From Patescibacteria group bacterium (GTDB taxonomy: Bacteria > Patescibacteriota > Patescibacteriia > UBA2196 > GWA2-42-15): a stretch of DNA of 56,923 nt. The stretch is from the NCBI GenBank assembly GCA_022709795.1, contig JAKLID010000001.1, forward strand, positions 1 through 56,923, written 5' to 3'. A model generated the notes under the pieces. The model worked only from the letters and a program-made list of their open reading frames with translations. It was not told the DNA's origin and searched no databases. Positions 9,540-18,124 of this stretch are shown one piece after another; within the stretch, counting starts at the first letter, position 1, and every line of letters starts with the position of its first letter. The position numbers and the translations under genes were made by a program.

Positions 9540-10910
9540 ATGACCAAAGACGAATTGTGGCAGGCCGTGCTCGGAGAACTGGAATTAAGTCTCTCAAAGG
9601 CCAATTTTATTACTTGGTTTAAAAATACTTTTATTATTGCCGAAGAAAATGAACAGGTAATTATTGGGGTGCCAAATCTTTTTACCCAGGCCTGGTTTGA
9701 AAAGAAATATCATGATTTAATCATAAAAACCCTGAAAAAAATCACCAATAATCGGGTAAAAAATATTATTTATAAAATAGAGGTTCACAAGCCAGATGGG
9801 CTAATGTTAGCCGAAAAAATAGAGGTTACTTTTAATCAGCCGACTAGGGAAGTAGAATTTTTAGCTAGCACCAATGAGTCTCACGGTTTAAACCCGAAAT
9901 ATACCTTTGAAAAATTTATCGTGGGTAAAAATAATGAGTTGGCTCATGCCGCAGCCAAGGCAATCAGCGAAAAACCAGGGGAAATTTACAATCCGCTCTT
10001 CCTTTATGGCGGAGTGGGGTTGGGTAAGACCCACTTATTACAAGCAGTCGGCCATGTTTTATTACTAAAAAACCCAAAAATCAAGGTTTTGTACACAACC
10101 TGTGAAAAATTTACTAATGATTTTGTCCAGGCGATCAGGACTGGCAAAACCAAGGCTTTTCAGGACAAATACCGCGATGTGGATCTTTTGATTATAGATG
10201 ATATCCAGTTTATGGAAGGAAAAGAACAGACCCAGGAACAGTTTTTCCATACTTTTAATGATTTATACCAAAAAAACAAGCAAATCGTGATTTCTTCCGA
10301 CCGGCCACCCAAAGCGATTCCCACCCTGGAGGATCGCTTGCGCTCCAGATTTGAATGCGGGATGATCGCGGATATTGGCGAGCCGGATCTGGAGACCAGA
10401 ACCGCGATTTTGGGGGCAAAACTAGCGGAAAAGAACTATTTTCTGTCAGAAGAGATTATAAATCACATTGCTTCAACGATTCAGAGTAATATCCGCGAGC
10501 TGGAAGGGGCATTAAACCGAATAATTGCCCACCATGAACTAAAAAAGGAAACACCTACCCTGGAATCGGTAAAAGCGATTGTTTCTGGGTTGGTAAATCT
10601 ACCTAGAAAGGGCTCTATCGCGCCAAAATTAATAATTCAAACCGTGTCGGAATATTTTAGTATTAGTATAAATGATATTATCGGCAGTTGTAGAAAAAAA
10701 GAATTGGTGGTGCCAAGACAAATTATTATGTATTTTATGAGAGAAGAGCTGGATGCCTCATTTCCTAATATTGGCAATGAGCTCGGGGGGAGAGACCATA
10801 CCACAGCTATGCACGCCCATACAAAAATTAAAAACAAATTAATTGACGATGATAAACTAAGGCAAGATATAACAATATTAAAACAAAAGATATTTAATAG
10901 CGCAGTCTAA
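9540..10910 (+). CDS. dnaA: Chromosomal replication initiator DnaA
   Basis: AAA+ Walker A LFLYGGVGLGKTHLL, Walker B LLIIDDIQF, sensor SNIRELEGAL, and the C-terminal DNA-binding helix GGRDHTTAMHA. Confidence 0.97.
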   Translation: MTKDELWQAVLGELELSLSKANFITWFKNTFIIAEENEQVIIGVPNLFTQAWFEKKYHDLIIKTLKKITNNRVKNIIYKIEVHKPDGLMLAEKIEVTFNQPTREVEFLASTNESHGLNPKYTFEKFIVGKNNELAHAAAKAISEKPGEIYNPLFLYGGVGLGKTHLLQAVGHVLLLKNPKIKVLYTTCEKFTNDFVQAIRTGKTKAFQDKYRDVDLLIIDDIQFMEGKEQTQEQFFHTFNDLYQKNKQIVISSDRPPKAIPTLEDRLRSRFECGMIADIGEPDLETRTAILGAKLAEKNYFLSEEIINHIASTIQSNIRELEGALNRIIAHHELKKETPTLESVKAIVSGLVNLPRKGSIAPKLIIQTVSEYFSISINDIIGSCRKKELVVPRQIIMYFMREELDASFPNIGNELGGRDHTTAMHAHTKIKNKLIDDDKLRQDITILKQKIFNSAV

Positions 10911-11141
10911 GTCGGGAAGTGGTGGAAAGAGTGGTGGAAAAAATGTTTAATAAGAACAAAAGACAGATTGATAATTAGTTATCCGGTGATTGTGCCCACA
11001 AAACAGAGAGAGTTAAGCACTACAAATTAAGGTTTTAATTATAATTAAAACCAATAAAAATAAGAAAAAATATAATTATCAACTTTTACACAGCTATTAA
11101 TAATAATATGAGTTATATATAGCAATTAATTATTTATTATT
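10911..11141. promoter_or_regulatory. Candidate oriC (dnaA-dnaN intergenic region with DnaA-box-like sites and an AT-rich unwinding region)
   Basis: TTATCCGGT, TTATCAACT and TTTTACACA box-like 9-mers are followed by a nearly pure A/T tract (attaataataatatgagttatatatagcaattaattatttattatt) just before dnaN. Confidence 0.45.
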
Positions 11142-12248
11142 ATGAAAATAACTTGCACTCAAGAAAATTTAATTAAGGGCTTGAATATAGTCGCGCACAT
11201 TGCTGGAAAGAATATTAGTTTACCTATTTTGAATAATATTTTAATTAAAGTAGAAGACGGGGTGATAAAACTAATGAGCACTAATTTGGATATTGGGATA
11301 AAAACCACTATTCGCGGTAAAATAGAAAAAGGCGGTGAGACAACAGTGGGGGCAAAGATTTTGACTGATTACGTGGCGCTTTTGGCTGGGGGCAATGTGA
11401 CGATGGAAATAGTAGATAATAATTTGCTAATTAAGACTGAAAATCAGGAGACGTCTATTCGCTGTCAGGGGGCGGAAGAATACCCGGTAATTCCCTGGAT
11501 TGAGGCGACAAGTGGGGTGAGTTTGGAGGCAAAAATTCTAAAAGAGGTGTTGGGGCAGGTTATAAATAGCGCCTCATATGAGGATATTCGGCCGGAATTG
11601 TCAGGTGTTTTGATGGCAGCAGAGAAGGACACACTTGTGATGGCAGCAACAGATAGCTATCGTCTGGCTGAAAAAAAGATTAAAATCACCAAAAATAACC
11701 TAAATCAAGAAAAAGCCTATAAAATAATACCACTTAGGGTATTGCAAGAGGTGCTGCGGGTGTGCGGCGAGGGAGAGGAGCGGGTGGAAATCAACTTTAG
11801 TGACAGCCAGGTGGTTTTCAACTTTCAGGAGACCACTATTATGTCCAGACTAATCGAGGGTAACTATCCGGACTATAAAGAAATTATTCCCAAAGAATGG
11901 AAGACACGGGTGGTGGTAGACAAGACAGGGTTAATTTCACAAGTGAAGGTAGCAAGTTTGTTTTCCCGGGCTGGTATTAATGATGTGTTTCTAGAATTTA
12001 ATAAGGATAATAAGATTATTATTTCGGCGGCCAATGTCCAATATGGAGAAAATAAATCCAAAATAGAGGCCACAGTAGAAGGGGAAAACAATAGTGCGGT
12101 TTTTAATTATAAATATTTACTGGACGGCTTGCAAAATATTAATCATAAGAAAATAGTCATAGAAGTGAATTCGGCTGATATGCCGGTGATTTTGCGGCCG
12201 GAGGGGGGCGATGATTATTTATATTTGATAATGCCAATCAGGAGATAG
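11142..12248 (+). CDS. dnaN: DNA polymerase III beta sliding clamp
   Basis: Position after dnaA, ~368 aa, and typical clamp motifs (MKITCTQENLIKGLNIV, ATDSYRLAEKK, LIEGNYPDYKEIIP, PVILRP...YLIMPIR). Confidence 0.95.
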   Translation: MKITCTQENLIKGLNIVAHIAGKNISLPILNNILIKVEDGVIKLMSTNLDIGIKTTIRGKIEKGGETTVGAKILTDYVALLAGGNVTMEIVDNNLLIKTENQETSIRCQGAEEYPVIPWIEATSGVSLEAKILKEVLGQVINSASYEDIRPELSGVLMAAEKDTLVMAATDSYRLAEKKIKITKNNLNQEKAYKIIPLRVLQEVLRVCGEGEERVEINFSDSQVVFNFQETTIMSRLIEGNYPDYKEIIPKEWKTRVVVDKTGLISQVKVASLFSRAGINDVFLEFNKDNKIIISAANVQYGENKSKIEATVEGENNSAVFNYKYLLDGLQNINHKKIVIEVNSADMPVILRPEGGDDYLYLIMPIRR

Positions 12249-12285
12249 GAATCAAAAAAGCAAGAAAACAAGAAAGCAAAGAACA

Positions 12286-12317
12286 AAAATCACCCCGCGG
12301 TCGCGAGATGATTTTTT
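12286..12317. terminator. Hairpin with flanking A/T runs between convergent dnaN and the 3D-domain gene
   Basis: AAAATCACCCCGCGGTCGCGAGATGATTTTTT, an imperfect GC-rich stem. Confidence 0.4.
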
Positions 12318-12328
12318 GGTGAGGATGA

Positions 12329-12886
12329 TTATTTTAAGATATTAATTTTTATATAGCGCGAACCCCAACTTTTGGCAGCAGACAGATCAGGCATCCAGAT
12401 ATCAATATGGTGATAGTAGCGCGCGTTCATACGATCCAGTACCACAAAAACTTTGGAGCCGTAATAATCGGGGATTTGGATTTTGGTGCCTTTGGGAAAA
12501 GCATTGCTGGCAATCATTCCCCAAAAAACATGATCGCCCCAAGCGGCAATAAAGGGTGAGTCATCGGTTTCCGCGGCGCGCGAGGTATAAGCAGTGGCGG
12601 TGATATAGGTGGTATAATATTCTATCTCTTCAGTTGTTGGTAAAGAAGAATCAATGATTTTATCAACAAGCTCATCAGCAGGAAGAACAGGATTGTCGGG
12701 GTGATTGACAAATAATAATTCCACCGGACCGCGACCGTAATTTAAAGTCACTTCTTGTTTAGCAAAAACAACATGGGGATTGATTTGGATAAGGGCAAAA
12801 AGCAAAGAAACCACAAAAAGGACTCTTTTGTAAAAAATTAGTGATTTTTTGTCTAATAACATATATAAAATAGTATTGTTGGCCAA
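12329..12886 (-). CDS. 3D-domain (MltA/RlpA-like double-psi barrel) cell-wall protein with N-terminal membrane anchor
   Basis: ATAYTSRAAETDDSPFIAAWGD...AFPKGTKIQIP...VFVVLDRMNARYYHHIDIWM matches the 3D domain pattern. N-terminal hydrophobic segment VLFVVSLLFALIQI. Confidence 0.75.
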   Translation of the reverse strand: MANNTILYMLLDKKSLIFYKRVLFVVSLLFALIQINPHVVFAKQEVTLNYGRGPVELLFVNHPDNPVLPADELVDKIIDSSLPTTEEIEYYTTYITATAYTSRAAETDDSPFIAAWGDHVFWGMIASNAFPKGTKIQIPDYYGSKVFVVLDRMNARYYHHIDIWMPDLSAAKSWGSRYIKINILK

Positions 12887-13030
12887 TTAAAAAACTTCCC
12901 ATATTTGGAAAGTTCTACTGTTATTATATTAGCATACTTGAGGAAAAATGTCAATCTAAAAAATAAATTAAAATAAAATAAGAAACAAATATTAAAAATT
13001 GTTTTTTAAATTTGAGTGAGGTGAATAAAT

Positions 13031-15253
13031 TTATTTTTTAATATATTCTTTGGAGTCTTCCAGTTTGATACTGATCAGTTTGGAGATACCATCTTCACCC
13101 ATAGTGACGCCATAGAGCAGCTTGGCTTTTTCCATAGTGGCGCGGTTGTGGGTGATGACAATAAATTGTGTTTTGTGGGAGAGGTCGGAGAGAATTTGAG
13201 CGAAGCGAAGAGAATTGGATTCATCGAGAGCGGCATCAACTTCGTCCAAGACAACAAAGGGTGCGGGATTGGAGGAAATAATAGCGCAGATCAGAGCAAT
13301 ACTCGTCAGGGCGCGTTCGCCGCCCGAGAGGATGCTGATGGATTTTAATTTTTTGCCGGGCGGGGTGGCGTAGATTTCAATACCGCTGTAGCCGTCTTTG
13401 GATTTTTCTTGAAAGAAATTGGTGGCCGGAGAATTGTCAGCAAGAGATTCTTCCTCGGCTGGCTTGAAATCTTCCTTGATCAGGGAGAGCTCTGCTTGAC
13501 CGCCGTTGAAGAGAATTTTAAAATATTTTTGGAAATAAGTATTAATCTCGTTAAAAGATTCTGACATTTGTTTTTTGATAATCTGTTCCAAATCAGTAAT
13601 TACTTTTTTGAGGGAAGCAATTGTCTGGTTTAGATCATTGGTCTGAGCGGTCAAAAAATCATAACGCGCCTGAACCCGCTGATACTCTGTTTCCACTTCC
13701 GGATCTAGGCCGCCAATGATTTCTAGTTGGCCCTTGAGCCGGTTTATTTTATCTAGGATGGAGAAATTTTGTGCCTGGTCACCCTGGGGCAGGGAAGCGG
13801 TTCGGAGCACTTCGAGGGAGCCCAGTTCCTGAATAATTTCTTGTTTCAAATCAAAGCGTTTGGTTTCGACTCTGGCCAGAGAGATTTTGACTTCATTGAG
13901 CTGATTGTTGGAAAGAGAAAAAGCCTGCTGGGCGGCTTGATATTTTTGCTGGGTTTGCCAGAGGGCAGAGCGTTTGGCCTCATCTTCAGAGAGGAGGTGC
14001 TGAATTTTTGTCTGTAGTTCTCCGGCCTGATGATCCAGGTCGGCGATTTTTTTATCCAAAGCTCGCAGTTCCTGGGGCGGTTCAGGTTTGTTTGCCACAG
14101 CGTCTTCGGCGCGCAAATAGGGCTTGATGAAGAGTAGGAGTGATTTTACGCGGTCATTCAGATCAGCCAGAAGTATTTTGAAACTAGACGCTGCCAAGCC
14201 TCGCCCCAAATCAGCCAAAGCTTTTTGGCCCAGGGAATTGATATTTTCAATTTGTTGGTTGAGCTCAGTTATTTTATCCAAAGAGAGGGTTTTGGTATTG
14301 GTATGGGGCCGGGTTTTTTCAACGAGGGATGATTTCATGGTCCAGAGTTCTTCTCTGGTGCGCATTTTCTTATCCAAAACAGCCTGCTGCTCCAGCCGCA
14401 ATTTTTCTATTTCTTGATTTAAGCCGCTATTTTTGACAATATTATCCAGCTCAGCCTCTAATTTTTTCCACTGATCCTCGTGGATTTTTTTATCAGCCTC
14501 AAGTTGGTTTATTTTGCTCAATTCTTGCTGGTAATCACGATCAATAGTTTGCCAGTAAGCGCTGTAATAGTTGAGGCGCAACTCATTGAGCTCAGCCTCA
14601 ATCTCCTTGCGTTTGTTGAGTTTTTTGATCTGACGAGTGAGGAGATTTAATTGGGGTTCCATTTCTTTGAGACGGATGTTGGCGGTAGTGAGGTTTTGCC
14701 AGACCTGATTGAGCTTGACAATGGTTTGATTTTTTTTGATTTGATATTGTTTGACGCCGGTGGCTTCGTCAAAAAATTCCTTGCGCTCTTCTGGGGTGGC
14801 GATGAGAAAATTATCAATCATACCCTGGCCGATGATGGCATAGGTGCGGTGGCCAAAATTGGCTTGAGTGAGGAGCAAATTAATGTCGGCGAGTTTACTT
14901 TTGCCACCATTGATCAAATACTCACTTTCGCCATTACGATAGATTTTCCTGGTAATCAAAAGGTCGCGGTAATCAATAGGCACTTTCCCGTCAGTATTAT
15001 CCAATTCCATAGAGACCTCGGCCAGACCCAGGCGGGCTTTTTTGTCAGAGCCGGAAAAGATGACATCCTCGCTTTTTTTGCCACGGAGGGTCTTGATACT
15101 TTGTTCACCCATGACCCAGCGGAGAGAGTCGGCAACATTGCTTTTGCCAGAGCCATTGGGGCCGACCACGGCAGTGATGCCACTCGTGAATTCCAGGGTG
15201 GTTTTTTTGGCAAAAGATTTGAAGCCGTTGATTTCTAGCTTTTTTAAGTACAT
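13031..15253 (-). CDS. smc: SMC-family chromosome condensation ATPase, unusually short (~740 aa), no recognisable hinge
   Basis: N-terminal head MYLKKLEINGFKSFA...VVGPNGSGKSNVADSLRWVMGEQS, C-terminal head LSGGERALTSIAL and FVVLDEVDAALD, with continuous coiled-coil-like sequence between them. The ATG at 15253 is preferred over the TTG at 15268. Confidence 0.85.
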   Translation of the reverse strand: MYLKKLEINGFKSFAKKTTLEFTSGITAVVGPNGSGKSNVADSLRWVMGEQSIKTLRGKKSEDVIFSGSDKKARLGLAEVSMELDNTDGKVPIDYRDLLITRKIYRNGESEYLINGGKSKLADINLLLTQANFGHRTYAIIGQGMIDNFLIATPEERKEFFDEATGVKQYQIKKNQTIVKLNQVWQNLTTANIRLKEMEPQLNLLTRQIKKLNKRKEIEAELNELRLNYYSAYWQTIDRDYQQELSKINQLEADKKIHEDQWKKLEAELDNIVKNSGLNQEIEKLRLEQQAVLDKKMRTREELWTMKSSLVEKTRPHTNTKTLSLDKITELNQQIENINSLGQKALADLGRGLAASSFKILLADLNDRVKSLLLFIKPYLRAEDAVANKPEPPQELRALDKKIADLDHQAGELQTKIQHLLSEDEAKRSALWQTQQKYQAAQQAFSLSNNQLNEVKISLARVETKRFDLKQEIIQELGSLEVLRTASLPQGDQAQNFSILDKINRLKGQLEIIGGLDPEVETEYQRVQARYDFLTAQTNDLNQTIASLKKVITDLEQIIKKQMSESFNEINTYFQKYFKILFNGGQAELSLIKEDFKPAEEESLADNSPATNFFQEKSKDGYSGIEIYATPPGKKLKSISILSGGERALTSIALICAIISSNPAPFVVLDEVDAALDESNSLRFAQILSDLSHKTQFIVITHNRATMEKAKLLYGVTMGEDGISKLISIKLEDSKEYIKK

Positions 15254-15445
15254 AATATAGAAACTCAAAACTCAAAATTTAAAACTCAAAAGTATTGATA
15301 AGCATAAACAAAAGAGACCGGGATGGGTCACTTTTATTATATCAGGAAAAGGGTTTTGGGCAAAAGAGAGGTGGGGTGGTAATTAATTTAATGAGTGTCG
15401 GAGTCCCTGGCGGAGACTCCGACGGGGCGGAAAAATTCAATTTCA

Positions 15446-15530
15446 GATAACGTATCGGCACATGCGAAGTTGTGTAGCAATTTGCGCGGAGGCTTTCGGA
15501 GAAAACCGCAGCCGCATGTGCCTTGTTATC
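15446..15530. repeat. attC-like structured site 3 (distal end of the array)
   Basis: GATAAC-GTATC-GGCACATGCG ... CGCATGTGCC-TT-GTTATC: an imperfect palindrome with an asymmetric unpaired spacer. The left arm is nearly identical to that of site 2. Confidence 0.6.
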
Positions 15531-15594
15531 GGATGTAGCGAAAAGTTTTTGTTTTGCCGAATGGCAAAATGATTATTTGGGGGTATTTTAATTT

Positions 15595-16194
15595 TTATTT
15601 TATTTCAATATTTTTTACGATTTTATCAAAATCTGACTTTATTTCTGGAGTCTTTGATGTGTAGTTTGCGCTTATACGGACTATGCCACCTTTACTATTC
15701 TTAAATATGATAGCGTCTACTGTACCCACGCCATCAAATATTGAATAGGAATACTGAATTGCCGACTTTCCACCAACCGCAATGTTTTTGTATTTTGAGT
15801 TAAAACTTGATTCTGGGTTATTTTTTGCCCAATTCAACGGCGAATCATTATTTTTGTTCTCATAAGATATAATTTCAATTCCCGGAGTGTCGCCTTCAAA
15901 TTTCTTTTCACCAATCCACAAATATGCGCGCTCAACAACCTTTCCGCCCATATCTTGATTTTCATTTAAATTATACTGAGCTGGATATTCAAAACTCACA
16001 CCGATTTTTTCACTTGCAAATATCTTACTACTAACATGTTTTGACGTGGATGAAACAACTTCTTTTCTTAGTTCAGTCTCTGTTTTTTTTGATTCAGTGG
16101 TAACTGTTTTTGGGAAATTACCCTCTGAATTTGAGCAACCAGAAAGCATGATGGATGTGCTTAGTGCGAATGCGATGCAAAATTGCTTTTTCAT
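15595..16194 (-). CDS. Cassette ORF: lipoprotein of unknown function
   Basis: MKKQFCIAFALSTSIMLSGC carries a lipobox (LSGC). The start is taken at the ATG at 16194, because the upstream part of the tracked ORF lies in the repeat frame. I recognise no family. Confidence 0.7.
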   Translation of the reverse strand: MKKQFCIAFALSTSIMLSGCSNSEGNFPKTVTTESKKTETELRKEVVSSTSKHVSSKIFASEKIGVSFEYPAQYNLNENQDMGGKVVERAYLWIGEKKFEGDTPGIEIISYENKNNDSPLNWAKNNPESSFNSKYKNIAVGGKSAIQYSYSIFDGVGTVDAIIFKNSKGGIVRISANYTSKTPEIKSDFDKIVKNIEIK

Positions 16195-16263
16195 TTTGTT
16201 ATATAAAAAATAAAATACCCCCAAATAATTAACGCCGAAGGCGCAAAAACTTTTTGCTATTTC

Positions 16264-16444
16264 CGATAACGTATCGGCACATGCGAAGTTGCGCCGTGGA
16301 TTATTGATTATTTTTGTTAATATCGCTTTATTTGATTATACCACTAAACTTACCATTTCGTCAGCGCAATTTGGGAGAGGAAATTTTGCATACCTTTAAA
16401 ATATAATTGCGCAAAATTTCTGAACCGCATGTGCCGTGTTGTCT
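16264..16444. repeat. attC-like structured site 2
   Basis: CGATAAC-GTATC-GGCACATGCG ... (long loop) ... CGCATGTGCC-GT-GTTGTCT. The loop contains the GCAATTTGGGAGAGG motif, which is related to loops of site 3 and the satellite site at 38658. Confidence 0.6.
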
Positions 16445-16560
16445 GATGTATTTTTTCATCTTCTGCTTAATTGCACAAAACTTGTTTATTCTACTAGAAA
16501 ATTTGATTTTTTAAATTAAAAGTTTTTGTTTTGCCTTTAGGTAAAACAGATTATTTGGGG

Positions 16561-17703
16561 CTATTTTTTATTTTTTATCAAAATTTGTCCTCTTCCTATC
16601 CACTCAATCAACTCGTTGGCTTGGGCGTCGATATTCAAAAGAAGTTCTGGGTAGCATGGCTGCAATTCGGCGTTAAAAATCAACAACTCTTTTAATCCCC
16701 GTGCGTAGTCAAATCCTAGCTTTTCGCAATTCTGTAAAAATTTTCTTCTGAAAGGTATTAGCTTTTCTTTTCGTGAATCTGATACAACTGAAAAAGTTTT
16801 CATATCCGATACAATCCTATGAAAAACTCGCAATAATTCCATTGTAATTCGGCAGAGCTGAATATCTGAGCTATTGGTAATTTCTGAAAATTTTGTAATC
16901 AGTGGCATGATGTGATCGACCTCGTAGGCTTTGTCTGAATTGTTCACCAACATCAATAGTCTTTCTATGCCCACAACTGAAAATGACCAAAAATTTTCCC
17001 AATGAACTAAATCGACGATTGTGCCGTCCTTGTAAATTGGTCGCCACAACAAATTTTCGATTGAGGCTATATCCAATGGCTCATCCAAATTATCCGTTTT
17101 GTATAGAATTTCATTTCGATAACCCCACGCAACGGGTGGAGTGAAATTTAGAGCCAATAGAGTTGTTCTTGTTTGGTCGGGTATGAATTGTTCGTCGTTG
17201 ATTCCAAATTCTTTTGCAATCTTGATAAATGGGTCGGCTTCGAGATTTTTATCAAACTTATATTTTCCAGCAGTTATTTCTTCGGCTTTTCCGCCTGATA
17301 AATATGAAATAACGAAGCGTTGTGGCTCTAGCCCCAACTCATTTATCAAAAACTCGAAAATTTTTCTGATAGTAAAATCGGCGATGTCTTTGCGTTGCTC
17401 ATCCGTAACATCCTTTCCGCCAACAAAGCCTGACACATCAGCCATATCAAAAAGCAAAAGATGGATATCGTCCATGGCATCATTGAAGTCATTAACTCGT
17501 ATCACTTGTTGAATTGTTGAAAAGTTGTAGGCCTCAGAATTGTCTAAATAATTACCGAATTTTTCAAGAAATGGCGCCTCACCAAAACTTATGTTGAAAT
17601 TTCCAGGAAAGCCCTTGTTCACAATCAAAGAGCGAGGAATCTTTTGAACTCCTGAATATTTAGAAAAATTTTCAATTTTATTCCTTAACTCTAAATATTT
17701 CAT
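16561..17703 (-). CDS. Cassette ORF: stand-alone alanyl-tRNA-synthetase N-terminal (catalytic/tRNA-recognition) domain homolog, divergent
   Basis: By-eye collinear similarity to the AlaRS N-domain: LELRNKIENFSKYSG ~ AEIRQAFLDFFHSKG; ISFGEAPFLEKF ~ TNAGMNQFKDVF; STIQQVIRVNDF...HLLLFDMADVSGF ~ TSQRCVRAGGKHNDL...HHTFFEMLGNFSF; AWGYRNEILY ~ GPCGPCTEIFY; VVGIERLLMLV ~ GMGLERIAAVL; CRITMELLRVFHRIV ~ LRVIADHIRSCAFLI. No editing or C-Ala domains are present. Confidence 0.65.
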   Translation of the reverse strand: MKYLELRNKIENFSKYSGVQKIPRSLIVNKGFPGNFNISFGEAPFLEKFGNYLDNSEAYNFSTIQQVIRVNDFNDAMDDIHLLLFDMADVSGFVGGKDVTDEQRKDIADFTIRKIFEFLINELGLEPQRFVISYLSGGKAEEITAGKYKFDKNLEADPFIKIAKEFGINDEQFIPDQTRTTLLALNFTPPVAWGYRNEILYKTDNLDEPLDIASIENLLWRPIYKDGTIVDLVHWENFWSFSVVGIERLLMLVNNSDKAYEVDHIMPLITKFSEITNSSDIQLCRITMELLRVFHRIVSDMKTFSVVSDSRKEKLIPFRRKFLQNCEKLGFDYARGLKELLIFNAELQPCYPELLLNIDAQANELIEWIGRGQILIKNKK

Positions 17704-17829
17704 AAAAAATAAAAAATAGCCCCAAATAATCCCGCCGTAGGCGGAAAAACTTTTAATTTAAAAAATCAAATTTTCGTCTTTGTTCATTGCACGGAACCCG
17801 AAATTACCACCAAAGATGAAAAAATATTT

Positions 17830-17927
17830 CAGACAACGTTCGCGTGTATGCGATGTTTTGTGGAGCGTAGCGGAACAAAATATGGGTGGAGCGACCTTAG
17901 GAGCGTAACCGCATACACGCTGTTATA
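17830..17927. repeat. attC-like structured site 1
   Basis: AGACAAC-GTTCGC-GTGTATGCG ... CGCATACAC-GCT-GTTATAC. The architecture matches sites 2 and 3, with compensatory changes in the inner stem. Confidence 0.55.
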
Positions 17928-18124
17928 CGCTGTTCAAAAAATATTTTTCATTCAATTTCATTTTGACAGGCTTTTTATTCAATAATCATAAATTTGTTTT
18001 TTTGTTTTGGATTTTGGGCAGAGGGGTTAGGGGTGAATGCCCAAATCCAAAACTCCTTATTCTGTTTGAGGGAGGGGCAAGAGGGGAACTAAAGGGGTGA
18101 ATTGCCCCGACCGAAAACACTTCT

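Noticed and set aside
13769-15260. Plus-strand ORFs inside smc (13769-14017, 14124-14417, 14651-15238, 15042-15260) and the minus-strand alternative frames 13075-13257 and 14956-15213.
   Set aside because: They lie antisense to, or out of frame within, a gene with unambiguous SMC motifs. Their translations are low-complexity mirror images with no motifs.
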